Below, piece by piece: positions 38,915 to 49,319 of a stretch of 64,000 bases of DNA (the stretch's first letter is position 1; each line of letters starts with the position of its first letter). Location: positions 188,231-252,230 of the forward strand of contig JAIXOQ010000017.1 in the NCBI GenBank assembly GCA_027486675.1, written 5' to 3'. Source of the DNA: Pseudomonadota bacterium. Its GTDB lineage: Bacteria; Bdellovibrionota; UBA1018; CAIMNF01. The notes beneath the pieces were generated by a model. It saw only the letters and a program-made list of their open reading frames with translations, was not told the origin of the DNA and did not search any database. A program made the translations under genes and the position numbers.

Positions 38915-39931
38915 ATGCAGACAACCGTGAATATTGGGATCAATGGCTGCGGCCGTATTGGTCGAAAAGTGCTCAGACTTGCCCTAAACCATCCGACCAT
39001 CCAGGTTCGAGCTTTAAATGAGCCAAACGACATCCAAACGCTGGCCCACCTCTTGAAATATGACTCAGTGCACGGAACCTGGGATGCAGAGGTCGTTGTT
39101 GAAGGACAGGATGTTTTAGTCATCAATGGGAGACGTACTCGGGTTTTTCGTGACCGCGACCCAGCCAGACTGAAGTGGTCTGAGTCAGAAGTGGATCTTG
39201 TTTTAGAATGCACCGGGGTCTTTACAGATAAAGCTCAGGCCAGCGCCCACCTTGCAGGCGGAGCCAAACGTGTGATCATCAGCGCCCCTTCCAAAGACGC
39301 CGACGCCACCCTTTGCATGGGCGTGAATGAAACGACCTATGACCCTCTGAAACACGTGATCGTTTCTAACGCGTCTTGTACAACCAATTGCTTAGCCCCA
39401 GTCGCTAAGGTCCTCGATGATGCCTTCGGCATCGTCAAAGGCACCATGATGACGGTCCATAGTTACACCAATGACCAAAGGATCTTAGATCTCGCCCATA
39501 GCGACCTAAGACGAGCACGGGCTGCGGCCATATCCATGATTCCTACTTCAACCGGCGCCGCAAAAGCGGTGGGCCTAGTTCTTCCTCATTTGAAGGGAAA
39601 ACTAGACGGCCTTTCCATCCGAGTTCCGACGCCCAATGTTTCTGTTGTGGATTTCACATGCGAGGTGAAAAAAACTGCCACCAAAGAATCGGTGAATACC
39701 GCCCTTAAGATCGCATCAGAAACTGCGATGAGAGGCATCCTAGGTTTTTCAACAGCACCGCTCGTCTCATGTGACTTCAATGGCGATATCCGCAGTTCAA
39801 TCGTGGATGCGGATCTCACGATGGTGATCGAAGGCAACATGGTGAAGGTGATTTCGTGGTACGATAACGAATCAGGGTTCTCTAACCGACTGCTTGATTT
39901 AAGCCGATTCATGCACGGTAAGGGCTTATGA
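38915..39931 (+). CDS. gap: Glyceraldehyde-3-phosphate dehydrogenase
   Basis: INGCGRIGR. ASCTTNCLAP. Size 338 aa. Confidence 0.9.
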   Translation: MQTTVNIGINGCGRIGRKVLRLALNHPTIQVRALNEPNDIQTLAHLLKYDSVHGTWDAEVVVEGQDVLVINGRRTRVFRDRDPARLKWSESEVDLVLECTGVFTDKAQASAHLAGGAKRVIISAPSKDADATLCMGVNETTYDPLKHVIVSNASCTTNCLAPVAKVLDDAFGIVKGTMMTVHSYTNDQRILDLAHSDLRRARAAAISMIPTSTGAAKAVGLVLPHLKGKLDGLSIRVPTPNVSVVDFTCEVKKTATKESVNTALKIASETAMRGILGFSTAPLVSCDFNGDIRSSIVDADLTMVIEGNMVKVISWYDNESGFSNRLLDLSRFMHGKGL

Positions 39932-41121
39932 TTCATTCGATTCGCGACCTTGATCTTTTAGGCAAGAGAGTGTTTATCCGGGTGGACTTCAATGTTCCTG
40001 TTGAACTCGACTCAGAAACGAAGAAATACGTCGTGACTGACGCAACCAGAATTCAAGAAGCCTTACCTACGATTCAGCAGGCGATTGAAGGTGGCGCTAA
40101 AATTATCCTGGGTTCCCATTTCGGCCGCCCCAAAGGGAGGCGGGTTGAAAAGGACAGCTTGGTACCAGCCGCTGAAAAGCTCGCGGAATTATTAAACCGT
40201 GATGTCCTTCTCGCCGACGACTGTATTGGAGAGGGCATAGAACTCCGGGCTTCCCAATTAAAAAATGGTGAGATCCTGGTTCTTGAAAACCTACGCTTTT
40301 ATTCGGGCGAAGAAACTGACGACCTAGAATTTGCAAAGTCTCTCGCGCGCCTGGCCGATGTCTACATCAATGATGCTTTCGGTACTTCGCATCGCAAACA
40401 TGCCTCCGTGCACCGGCTCCCCTCACTTATGCCGAACCGTGGCATGGGACTCTTGCTTGAGAAGGAAGTTCGGTACCTCTCCACCCTTTTGGACCACCCG
40501 AAGACTCCGTTTTTTTTGATCTTAGGGGGGGCAAAAGTCAGCGATAAAATCAAAACGATCAGAACTCTTCTGCAAAGAGTTCAAGGCATCGTGATCGGTG
40601 GAGCAATGGCCTACGCTTTTATGAAGGCGAAGGGAGAGAAAATCAACGCTGAGTGGAAGCAACCTGCCCCTGAAGACGTTGAGGCCGCAAAAACAACACT
40701 TCAGTACGCCTTAGACCGAGGAGTGCCCATCCATCTTCCGATCGACAACCATGACGGGTTTGACATTGGCCCTAAGACCATCGCTCGCTTTAAAGAAATT
40801 TTATCGCCTGCTGCAATGATTTTTTGGAATGGGCCCTTAGGCTGGTTCGAGCGTGAACCTTACTCCAAAGGCACGTTTGAAATTGCGGAAGCCATTTCTA
40901 AGACCCATGCACTCAAAGTTGTCGGAGGCGGCGACACCGTGGCCGCGATCCATGCATCGGGCTTGAGCCAACATTTTGATCATCTCTCCACTGGAGGCGG
41001 CGCCTCCCTTGAATTTCTAGAGGGCCACTCACTCCCTGGCATTGATGTTCTTCAGGTGCAAAAACGAGCAGAGAATCCTCGAATTGTCCCAAACCCCAAA
41101 ACTGAGCCAGGATCAGCATGA
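39928..41121 (+). CDS. pgk: Phosphoglycerate kinase
   Basis: RVDFNVP. SHFGRPKG. GGGDT hinge. 4-nt overlap with gap. Confidence 0.9.
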   Translation: MIHSIRDLDLLGKRVFIRVDFNVPVELDSETKKYVVTDATRIQEALPTIQQAIEGGAKIILGSHFGRPKGRRVEKDSLVPAAEKLAELLNRDVLLADDCIGEGIELRASQLKNGEILVLENLRFYSGEETDDLEFAKSLARLADVYINDAFGTSHRKHASVHRLPSLMPNRGMGLLLEKEVRYLSTLLDHPKTPFFLILGGAKVSDKIKTIRTLLQRVQGIVIGGAMAYAFMKAKGEKINAEWKQPAPEDVEAAKTTLQYALDRGVPIHLPIDNHDGFDIGPKTIARFKEILSPAAMIFWNGPLGWFEREPYSKGTFEIAEAISKTHALKVVGGGDTVAAIHASGLSQHFDHLSTGGGASLEFLEGHSLPGIDVLQVQKRAENPRIVPNPKTEPGSA

Positions 41122-41906
41122 AAAGAAAAGCGGTGCTTGCGGGAAACTGGAAGATGAATTTGGGTCCCGCCCAATCGCTCGACTTCCTGAAATCTTGGTC
41201 AAACTATTCCTGGACTCCAGGCAAAGCTGAAATGTGGCTTTTCCCTTCGACCATCTCGATCCCGAGCATACAGTCAAATGCCACACTTCGGACTGCGAAC
41301 TTTATTTTAGGCGCTCAGAATTGCTCTTCAGAACCCTCTGGTGCCTTCACCGGTGAAACTTCAGCAAAAATGCTGAAGGATGCCAAAGTTCCCCTGGTTT
41401 TGATTGGGCACTCAGAGCGACGATCACTTTTCTTAGAGACCGATGCTGTGCTTGTGAAAAAAGCTCGACTTGCAGTGCAAGAAGACCTTCACGTCCTCTA
41501 CTGCATCGGCGAATCCCTACAAGAAAGACAATCTGGAAAGACCCTAGACGTCATCTTTCAACAGCTCGATGCCGTTCTTACAGATGAAACGCTGAAAGCC
41601 CAAGTGGGTACGACAATTGATTTCGCTTATGAGCCCGTTTGGGCGATTGGGACAGGCCAGGTTGCAACCCCTGAAATTGCGCAAGCGGTACATCATGAAG
41701 CACGGGGCCGCATTCGTACCCGCTTGGGTGACGAGTCCGCTTCCAAGGTACGAATTCTTTACGGCGGAAGCGTGCAACCTGATAACTTTGCTTCTCTGCT
41801 TCTTCAAAAGGATATTGATGGAGGCCTCGTAGGAGGCGCATCGCTAAAAGCCGATGCTTGGAATAAACTTTGGAAGATCATTTGCGAAACGACTGAACAA
41901 GGATAG
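41118..41906 (+). CDS. tpiA: Triosephosphate isomerase
   Basis: AGNWKMN. IGHSERR. YEPVWAIGTG. GGASLK. Confidence 0.9.
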   Translation: MKRKAVLAGNWKMNLGPAQSLDFLKSWSNYSWTPGKAEMWLFPSTISIPSIQSNATLRTANFILGAQNCSSEPSGAFTGETSAKMLKDAKVPLVLIGHSERRSLFLETDAVLVKKARLAVQEDLHVLYCIGESLQERQSGKTLDVIFQQLDAVLTDETLKAQVGTTIDFAYEPVWAIGTGQVATPEIAQAVHHEARGRIRTRLGDESASKVRILYGGSVQPDNFASLLLQKDIDGGLVGGASLKADAWNKLWKIICETTEQG

Positions 41907-41915
41907 GAACACCTT

Positions 41916-42269
41916 ATGCTCATGACAGTAATCACTTACGTTCACATCATCACCATCGTACTCCTCATCACTGCGGTCCTCGTCCGCGCAGGCAAGGGTG
42001 CTGACATCAGCGCAACCTTTGGTGGAAGCAGCCAGACCGTCTTTGGCAGCTCAGGTGGGCAAGACTTCTTTCAAAAACTGACCTACAGCCTGGCCGCATT
42101 CTTCATGCTGACCAGCCTGCTTCTCACTTTGATTCCAACTAAGTTAAAAAAGAGTGTCTTTGATCAGTACACTCCTCCACCTGCTGCGGCAGTGCCAGCC
42201 CAGACTGCGCCAGCGTCTTCGACAGGGACTGAAGCCGCGGCTCCAGTTCAGACCGATCAAAAGCGCTAA
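41916..42269 (+). CDS. secG: Preprotein translocase subunit SecG
   Basis: Two TM helices. Gly-rich loop. Conserved position after tpiA. Confidence 0.8.
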   Translation: MLMTVITYVHIITIVLLITAVLVRAGKGADISATFGGSSQTVFGSSGGQDFFQKLTYSLAAFFMLTSLLLTLIPTKLKKSVFDQYTPPPAAAVPAQTAPASSTGTEAAAPVQTDQKR

Positions 42270-43630
42270 AATATCTCTGCAATCACTTTTCTTCGGTGTG
42301 CAAAGATTTGACCAACATCGTGTCTAATCTTTGCGCCTCCAAAAATGCGACCCAAGAGTCCCATAGGGATTTCGTATCGGACCCAGTCACGCATCAGTGT
42401 GCCTTTGCCAAGAGAAACAAAGGAGTGTTCGTGATACCAAAGCTTGTATGGCCCACTCTCTTGGTTGTCGACAAAACTATGCGGGGGATTCCACTTCGCA
42501 ATACGTGTCACCCAGGAAAGCGGAATGCCGTGGAGCGACAAGCGGTAGCGGATGATTGTGTCTTTTTCTATTTCTGGGGTCGACATAGAGACGATCTTAA
42601 AACCAAGAAAATCAGGGGTGATTCGCTCTAAGTTCTTGGCTTCGGAAAAGAATTCGAACATCTCGTCGATAGGTCGATCCACGTACTGATAGGCCAAAAA
42701 ATATTGCGTAGTGGTCACAAGACCAAACGGATGCTCAACGATGCGCGCCGCTTCCGAAATCGCGGCATCGATCGTTCCAAGTTGAAACTGAAACCCAGCA
42801 TCCATCAGCTTCCTCGGATAAGCCCGTGTGGACCCAAGCAAGAGGGACGCAAGCTCACCAAAAGCAAGCTTAAGGGCGGTTTTCGGCACCGGAGCAAAGG
42901 AGGCTGCACGAAAGTGCCTAGATACTGCACGAGACAGTTCAAGGTCCTGGCAGGGTTCGGGAGCAGTGAGGTTGACTGCGCCTGAAATCTTCGAGGTCTT
43001 TAAACAAAACAAAACAGCGGAGAGCCAATCCTTAAGCGCAATCCAGGACATGTACTGAGAACCACTCCCGAGACGCCCCCCTACTCCACTAAAATAAAGA
43101 GGCAGCATTTTTCCTAAAGCTCCGCCTTCCTCGCTGATCACAACACCCGTGCGAAGAAGTACCGTGCGAACAGAGCTTGAGACTTTCAAGGCCTCAGCCT
43201 CCCATGCCACGCAAAGCTCGGCTGCGAAACCAGTCCCTGAGACAGAGGTCTCATCTACAATCGCTTCTCCTGTATCCCCGTAAATTCCAGTTGCCGAAGC
43301 CGACAGGAAAACCTTTGGACGATCAGACTCTTTCATGCTTTGAATCATAGCCACCACTGCGTTTGTGGTCTTGAGCCGACTGTCGGTCAGTAGCTTCTTG
43401 CGTTCCTCGGTCCATCTGCTTTCCGAAATATTCTCACCCGCCAGATGAATCACCGCATCGAGTGGGCCGACTGAAACACCCCACTCAGCACAGGTAGCAG
43501 GAAAACTGAATGCCCCTTTGGCGCGCGAAAGATCCCTGACCCATGCAAAGATCTCGTGGCCTTCGCCTACAAGCTTGCGCCCCAAAGCCTGCCCTAGCAT
43601 TCCAGTCGCACCTGTCAGAAGAATTCGCAT
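42266..43630 (-). CDS. Fusion: TIGR01777/YfcH-like NAD-epimerase (SDR with DUF1731) plus a C-terminal SRPBCC (START/cyclase-like) domain
   Basis: LLTGATGMLG Rossmann motif. About 300-aa epimerase-like region. Then a 150-aa SRPBCC-like tail. Start chosen at MRILLTGATG. Confidence 0.65.
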   Translation of the reverse strand: MRILLTGATGMLGQALGRKLVGEGHEIFAWVRDLSRAKGAFSFPATCAEWGVSVGPLDAVIHLAGENISESRWTEERKKLLTDSRLKTTNAVVAMIQSMKESDRPKVFLSASATGIYGDTGEAIVDETSVSGTGFAAELCVAWEAEALKVSSSVRTVLLRTGVVISEEGGALGKMLPLYFSGVGGRLGSGSQYMSWIALKDWLSAVLFCLKTSKISGAVNLTAPEPCQDLELSRAVSRHFRAASFAPVPKTALKLAFGELASLLLGSTRAYPRKLMDAGFQFQLGTIDAAISEAARIVEHPFGLVTTTQYFLAYQYVDRPIDEMFEFFSEAKNLERITPDFLGFKIVSMSTPEIEKDTIIRYRLSLHGIPLSWVTRIAKWNPPHSFVDNQESGPYKLWYHEHSFVSLGKGTLMRDWVRYEIPMGLLGRIFGGAKIRHDVGQIFAHRRKVIAEIF

Positions 43631-43663
43631 AATTGGTCTATTGTAGCGGAAAAGAAAGAAAGA

Positions 43664-43697
43664 CCCCCATTGCAAGTTAGGCAATGGAGGCCTTTTT
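43664..43697 (-). terminator. Rho-independent terminator for the EF-G paralog
   Basis: Hairpin CCCCCATTGC-aagttag-GCAATGGAGG. On the minus strand it is followed by UCUUUCUUUCUUUU. Confidence 0.5.
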
Positions 43698-43726
43698 AGT
43701 CTGTTGAAGATTTTAGAGGACTAAGA

Positions 43727-45844
43727 TCAGCCTTTAGCTTCTTTAGCTCGGCGCTCTTGGTACTTCTTCATCAGCTCATCCTGCACGTTCCTAGGTGCAG
43801 CCATGTACTTTAGGAATTCCATCGAAAATTCGCCTTTACCTTGGGTCGCCGAACGAAGGTCGGTTGAATATCCGAACATTTCTGAAAGCGGAACTTCAGA
43901 CTCAATCACGCAGTAACCCTCTTGGGTTCCACTGTTGACGATCACACCCCGACGTTGGTTCACCTGACCCATTACGGATCCTTGGAACTCCTCAGGTGCA
44001 GTCACTTCAAGTTTCATGATGGGCTCAAGGACCACTGGGTTTGCGCGCTCATAGCCTTCCCGAAAGCCCATAAGACCTGCCGTCTTAAAGGCTTGTTCAG
44101 ACGAGTCAACCGCGTGGTAAGCGCCGTCCTCGATCACGCAGCGTACACCAACGATTGGAAACCCGATGAGCTTCCCTTCCTTGATCGCTTCTCTAAATCC
44201 TTTATCCACCGCAGGAATAAAGTTCCTTGGGATCACTCCGCCTGTGATTTCATCCACAAACTCATACTGAAGCACTGCATCCGCTGGCAGCGGCTCCAAA
44301 TACCCAGCTACGCGACCGAACTGACCGGAACCACCCGTTTGTTTCTTGTGGGTGTAGTTAAATGGAGCTTTGGTCGTGATGGTTTCACGATAGGCAACCT
44401 GAGGTTTACCCACGACAACTTCACAGTTGTACTCACGCTTCATACGCTCGCAGTAAATCTCCAAGTGCAATTCGCCCATGCCGCTGATGATGGTCTGATT
44501 GGATTCATCATCGCGATGCACGCGGAAAGTTGGATCTTCTTTGGTGAATCTGTTCAGAGCTTTAGAGAAGTTGGTTTCACCTGACTTATCCTTTGGCGCA
44601 ATCGCTAAAGAAATAACAGCGTCAGGAACAAACATCGAGGTCATCGAGTACTTCACTTTTCCGTCGGTAAAAGTATCACCGGAAGAACACTCAACACCGA
44701 AGAGAGCTACGATATCGCCCGCTTTTGCGGCATCAACATCGTTCATCTCATTCGCGTGCATACGCACGATACGAGGCACTTTCACGCGCTTGCCGTTAGT
44801 GGAGTTAATGATGAAGTCGCCTTTATTGATGGAACCTTGATAGAGGCGCATGTAGGTCAACTGGCCGTAGCGTCCATCTTCCAACTTAAACGCAAGGCCC
44901 ACGAATGGAAGTTCTGGCTCGGCTTTAAGGCTGATTGGAGCTTCAGCGTTGTTTTGGTCGAGTGCAATGTTTTCTTTTTCTGTTGGGCTTGGTAGGTAGC
45001 TGAGTACGCCATCGAGCAAGATCTGAACGCCTTTGTTTTTATAAGCAGAGCCCATAAATACAGGGGTCAGTCCAAGAGACAAGCAACCCTTACGAATCCC
45101 TGCACGCAGTTCATCGACTGTGACTGGCTTACCATCCAGGTATTTTTCAGCTAGTCCTTCGTCATACTCTGCTGCTGCACTGATCAATTCTTCACGGTAC
45201 TTCGTGACTTCAGACATGAGGTCTGCTGGCACTTCTTCTTCACGAATGTTCTCCCCGTTTTCTCCGTCGAAGTAGAAAGCCTTCATGGTCACAAGATCAA
45301 CAACGCCTTTGAATTGATCTTCAGCACCGATCGGATAGGTCACGAAATGCGCATTGTGGCGCAGTTTCTCGCGAAGCTGTTGAATGCCGCGGAATGGGTT
45401 CGCCCCTGCACGGTCCATCTTGTTGATGAAGCAAAGACGAGGCACTTTATAACGGCGCATTTGGCGATCCACTGTAATGGACTGCGATTGAACGCCGGCA
45501 ACTGAGCAAAGAACAAGAACAGCACCATCAAGAACACGCAGAGCGCGCTCCACTTCGATTGTGAAGTCCACGTGACCCGGAGTGTCGATCAGGTTGATGT
45601 TGTAGTCTTTCCACATGCAGTAGGTTGCTGCCGACTGGATGGTGATTCCTTTTTCACGCTCGAGCTCCATAAAGTCCATCGTGGCGCCGACCTGGTCCTT
45701 ACCCTTCACTTCGTGAATGGCGTGGATCTTAGACGTGTAGAACAAAATGCGTTCCGACAAAGTTGTTTTGCCGGAATCGATGTGAGCGGAAATCCCGATG
45801 TTTCTGACTTTTTCAATAGGTAACTTTTGCGCTTCGGTGGACAT
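43727..45844 (-). CDS. fusA: Elongation factor G (standalone paralog, not in an rpsL-rpsG-fusA context)
   Basis: G1 [18 protein letters not shown]. Domains II to V. 705 aa. Confidence 0.9.
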   Translation of the reverse strand: MSTEAQKLPIEKVRNIGISAHIDSGKTTLSERILFYTSKIHAIHEVKGKDQVGATMDFMELEREKGITIQSAATYCMWKDYNINLIDTPGHVDFTIEVERALRVLDGAVLVLCSVAGVQSQSITVDRQMRRYKVPRLCFINKMDRAGANPFRGIQQLREKLRHNAHFVTYPIGAEDQFKGVVDLVTMKAFYFDGENGENIREEEVPADLMSEVTKYREELISAAAEYDEGLAEKYLDGKPVTVDELRAGIRKGCLSLGLTPVFMGSAYKNKGVQILLDGVLSYLPSPTEKENIALDQNNAEAPISLKAEPELPFVGLAFKLEDGRYGQLTYMRLYQGSINKGDFIINSTNGKRVKVPRIVRMHANEMNDVDAAKAGDIVALFGVECSSGDTFTDGKVKYSMTSMFVPDAVISLAIAPKDKSGETNFSKALNRFTKEDPTFRVHRDDESNQTIISGMGELHLEIYCERMKREYNCEVVVGKPQVAYRETITTKAPFNYTHKKQTGGSGQFGRVAGYLEPLPADAVLQYEFVDEITGGVIPRNFIPAVDKGFREAIKEGKLIGFPIVGVRCVIEDGAYHAVDSSEQAFKTAGLMGFREGYERANPVVLEPIMKLEVTAPEEFQGSVMGQVNQRRGVIVNSGTQEGYCVIESEVPLSEMFGYSTDLRSATQGKGEFSMEFLKYMAAPRNVQDELMKKYQERRAKEAKG

Positions 45845-45947
45845 GAGTCACACACTCCTTAAACTTGGTTTTCGACTTTTTTGGATTAGTACTTTAGATA
45901 CCTTACGCGTGTGCGGAATGCAAACCTCTCGGTTAGGATAAACGCAC

Positions 45948-46484
45948 ATGGCAAAGCACCTTTTATGGCTCGATATGGAAATGACCGGCTTAGATGAAGC
46001 AAAAGACCAAATTCTTGAGGTCGCAGTCCGCGTCACCGACTGGAACCTGCAAAGCGTCGCCGAAGCGGAATGGGTCGTCTTTCAGCCCAATTCAGTTTTA
46101 GAAAACATGAACGACTGGTGTAAGGAAAACCATGGAAAGAGCGGTCTCACCGCAAAAGTTCCAACCGGAAAACCTTTGATCCTGGTGGAGTCAGAGCTCG
46201 TTCAGTTTGTCGAAAAGTACTTCGGGCAAAAGCGTGGAAAAGAAGGCGCAGTACTCGCTGGGAACTCGATCCACAACGACCGCAGGTTTATTGAGCGGTA
46301 TATGCCAAAATTCGCTGAGACTCTTCATTACAGGATGGTGGATGTAAGCTCCTTCAAAGAAGTATTCCGAGAGCGCTTCTCAGTTACATATGAAAAGAAA
46401 AATGCTCATCGAGCATTAGATGACTTAAATGAATCCATTGCGGAGCTGCAACACTATCTCAGCCTAGTAAACTTAACTAAATGA
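45948..46484 (+). CDS. orn: Oligoribonuclease
   Basis: LLWLDMEMTGL. GNSIHNDRRFI. YRMVDVSSFKE. Confidence 0.85.
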   Translation: MAKHLLWLDMEMTGLDEAKDQILEVAVRVTDWNLQSVAEAEWVVFQPNSVLENMNDWCKENHGKSGLTAKVPTGKPLILVESELVQFVEKYFGQKRGKEGAVLAGNSIHNDRRFIERYMPKFAETLHYRMVDVSSFKEVFRERFSVTYEKKNAHRALDDLNESIAELQHYLSLVNLTK

Positions 46485-46514
46485 TTCCTTGCTAAGTTTT
46501 TAAACTGACATATT

Positions 46515-47315
46515 ATGTCGGAAATCATGAGCTGCATACCACGGATAGCCCTACTTCAACTGTTCGCTCTCTGTGCGGCGCCACTTGCACAAGCAAGCGG
46601 ATACGAAAAAGAGCTTTGCGAAATTGCGACAACTCTTCACGACGACAGCCACTGGCTACACGTAGAGAGCAGCGTTTATGGTCACGATACACTCACCTTA
46701 AATGCAATTGTCGGGACCGAAGTCCGAAAGATTCGCACATGGTCCTTCAGTTACGACGGACGCGAGCGAGTACTCAAATTGACGCGATCAGATACTCTTT
46801 CAATGAATGGTCTTGAAAAGATTTCGGACGCGATTGAGGGTGCCGCCCTACAACGCATCATAGGCTTGCACCCAAAAGCAAAGTACGTTCGAGTTGAAAT
46901 GCATACTGGGCAATATTTTGATCGCTTCCTAAAAAGATTCGAGAAGTCATTAAAAGTCCACGGCGCAGAAGGTTCAACCACCCGAGAGCAAGACCTGGTG
47001 CTTCTGGATCTCTTAGATCGTTCGCTTAACGCCGGTCAGAACCAACTGGATCAAGATCCAGAGCTCATTGAATTTTCGATGCATTGGAGTGACTTGATTC
47101 ATGAGCTACAAAAGAATAAGCCCGAGGTCTGGGATGAACTCATCACACCTTTGGTGACAGCGCGGGCTGAACAAAGGGCACGTTTTGGAACTTCTTCTCA
47201 GGGCCAGTTTACGGTCATGAAAAACAGTATCTCAATGGAGTTCAGAGTCATCAGCCAAACCCCTGTGTTGCTCCAGGTCCCGTACCTCAACTTCACTATG
47301 ATTCGTAAGCAGTAG
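46515..47315 (+). CDS. Secreted hypothetical protein
   Basis: Signal peptide ALLQLFALCAAPLAQA. 266 aa. Confidence 0.5.
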   Translation: MSEIMSCIPRIALLQLFALCAAPLAQASGYEKELCEIATTLHDDSHWLHVESSVYGHDTLTLNAIVGTEVRKIRTWSFSYDGRERVLKLTRSDTLSMNGLEKISDAIEGAALQRIIGLHPKAKYVRVEMHTGQYFDRFLKRFEKSLKVHGAEGSTTREQDLVLLDLLDRSLNAGQNQLDQDPELIEFSMHWSDLIHELQKNKPEVWDELITPLVTARAEQRARFGTSSQGQFTVMKNSISMEFRVISQTPVLLQVPYLNFTMIRKQ

Positions 47316-48081
47316 CAGGATCGAGCTCCAGGTACACAGGACAGTGATCTGATCCCTTGACCTGAGTCTGATGCCCCACATCTCGAACCTTTTCAACGAG
47401 GTCCGAAGACACGACATGGTAGTCGATACGCCAGCCTACGTTGCGTTCACGAGCACCACCGCGGTAGCTCCACCAAGTGTAGAGCGCCTTTTTCCCAGGA
47501 TTTCTTTCGCGCATGACATCCCGCATGCCAGAGGCGAGGAGCTCGGTCATCCACGCTCGTTCTTGTGGGAAGTAACCTGGTGACTCTTCATTCTCTTTGG
47601 GGCGGGCAAGATCGATCTCAGTGTGTGCAATATTAAAGTCGCCATTCATCACAACGGAGTGCCCCTTCTTCCGCTCAGCCAGACTTCGCTTTAAGAACAG
47701 CTCACAAAATTTCTTTTTAAAAGAAAGACGCGCGCCGCCTTCCTGGCTATTTGGAAAATACGCCGTCATGAGAACCAGCTTTTTAAACCGGAGGATGATC
47801 ACGCGCCCCTCCGCGTCGACTTCTTCGTCGCCAATACCTATCGTCACTTCGTCAGGTGGGATTCGGGTCCAAACGGCCGTACCCGAATAACCTGGCTTCT
47901 TTGCAGCATTCCAAATGCGGGTATAGCCAGGGATCTCTACAACCTCAGGCGGGACCTGGTGTTCTTGCGCTTTCACTTCCTGCAAACAAACAACATCTGC
48001 GTCTTGGGCATGGAACCACTCGGTAAAACCTTTGCTCGCAATCGCGCGCACTCCATTCACATTCCAACAAACAATTTTCAT
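47296..48081 (-). CDS. xth: Exodeoxyribonuclease III
   Basis: MKIVCWNVNG. DVVCLQEVK. C-terminal SDHCPV. Confidence 0.85.
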   Translation of the reverse strand: MKIVCWNVNGVRAIASKGFTEWFHAQDADVVCLQEVKAQEHQVPPEVVEIPGYTRIWNAAKKPGYSGTAVWTRIPPDEVTIGIGDEEVDAEGRVIILRFKKLVLMTAYFPNSQEGGARLSFKKKFCELFLKRSLAERKKGHSVVMNGDFNIAHTEIDLARPKENEESPGYFPQERAWMTELLASGMRDVMRERNPGKKALYTWWSYRGGARERNVGWRIDYHVVSSDLVEKVRDVGHQTQVKGSDHCPVYLELDPATAYES

Positions 48082-48082
48082 C

Positions 48083-48586
48083 CTAGACCTCCCACCGGTG
48101 ATAAGCCGGATGGCCTTCTTTCACTGCTACAAATGTTCCTTCACAGGTCGCAGTCACTCTCCCCGCGGAACGAAGCTCAGCTTTCACCTTCACACGGTCT
48201 GAAAGAACCTCTACGCCATGGGCCGTAAGACTCAGCACTGCGTCGACCGGAGTCGGTGCGCGAAGTTTGATGTGAAAGTCCGCGGTCACGGTGCAAGGCG
48301 GAACCACTAAGCCAGAGCCCTTCATCAATAAATACGCAGCCGTCCAATTCGAGTGACAATCTAAGATCGCACCAATAATTCCGCCGTTTAAGACTCCCGG
48401 AAATGCTTGATGCTTAAGAAGAGGCTGAAACTCGGCGCGAACAACTCCGTCTGCTCCCGCGAAGCTTGATACGTGCAAGCCGTCTGGGTTCATTGGGCCA
48501 CAGCCAAAACAAATGCTACGGGGCGCAAACTCTTTCTGAAGGGAGACCATGTCTTTCTTATCGCCGATTTGTTGATTCCGACACAA
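48083..48586 (-). CDS. PaaI/4HBT-family hotdog thioesterase
   Basis: CFGCGPMNPDGL and the hotdog-fold pattern. The start could instead be at 48550. Confidence 0.65.
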   Translation of the reverse strand: MCRNQQIGDKKDMVSLQKEFAPRSICFGCGPMNPDGLHVSSFAGADGVVRAEFQPLLKHQAFPGVLNGGIIGAILDCHSNWTAAYLLMKGSGLVVPPCTVTADFHIKLRAPTPVDAVLSLTAHGVEVLSDRVKVKAELRSAGRVTATCEGTFVAVKEGHPAYHRWEV

Positions 48587-48611
48587 TGAGCTAGCGTCTA
48601 AATCTGAGCCA

Positions 48612-49319
48612 ATGCGCGTAAAAATCTTTCAAAACCACCAAGATCTCTACACGATGCTTGTTGATGACTTCCTTCAGGCTTCCAGTTGCGGTCCTAGCCG
48701 CCAGATCGCGCTTCCGACTGGGAAAACGGTCGTTCCGTTTTATCGGGAGCTATCCATCAGAAAATCAGAGATCCAGGACTGGAGCGTCTTTCCTTTGGAT
48801 GAATATCTGGGGCTCGCCAAGGATCACCCAGATAGTTTTTCTCAAACGCTCCAAGATCAGTTCTTTTCCTGGGCGACACCGCATATCAAACATCGCTACA
48901 CGTGGCAGGCAGACCGATCTCTTATACAGGACGCCCTTCGCGTGATTCCGCTCGACTGCGCGTTACTTGGAGTGGGCGTGAACGGGCATGTCGCATTCAA
49001 CGAGCCGGGCTCAAAATCCTCGGACTCGATCCGAGAAGTGGTACTGACGAAAGAAACGCGGGAGCGAAATTTTGGTCCGCGCATTGATTCCTCTCCCACC
49101 CATGCAATCACGCTTGGAATCAAAGAACTCCTCGAAACAAAGAAATTATTGGTTGTAGCGACAGGAGCTAGCAAAAAAACCATTCTCACGAAAGCATTCG
49201 CTCAACCCGGCGAAGAGATCCCGGTCTCCCTTCTGTTAGGCCACAAAGATATTGTCTTTTACTTCGACGCGGATGCCGCACCAGAGGCGTCTCTTGGCCA
49301 AAGCTCAGGCGCACAGTAG
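48612..49319 (+). CDS. Glucosamine-6-phosphate deaminase family protein (NagB-like)
   Basis: LPTGKT. FPLDEY. LGVGVNGHVAFNEPGS. Confidence 0.7.
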   Translation: MRVKIFQNHQDLYTMLVDDFLQASSCGPSRQIALPTGKTVVPFYRELSIRKSEIQDWSVFPLDEYLGLAKDHPDSFSQTLQDQFFSWATPHIKHRYTWQADRSLIQDALRVIPLDCALLGVGVNGHVAFNEPGSKSSDSIREVVLTKETRERNFGPRIDSSPTHAITLGIKELLETKKLLVVATGASKKTILTKAFAQPGEEIPVSLLLGHKDIVFYFDADAAPEASLGQSSGAQ

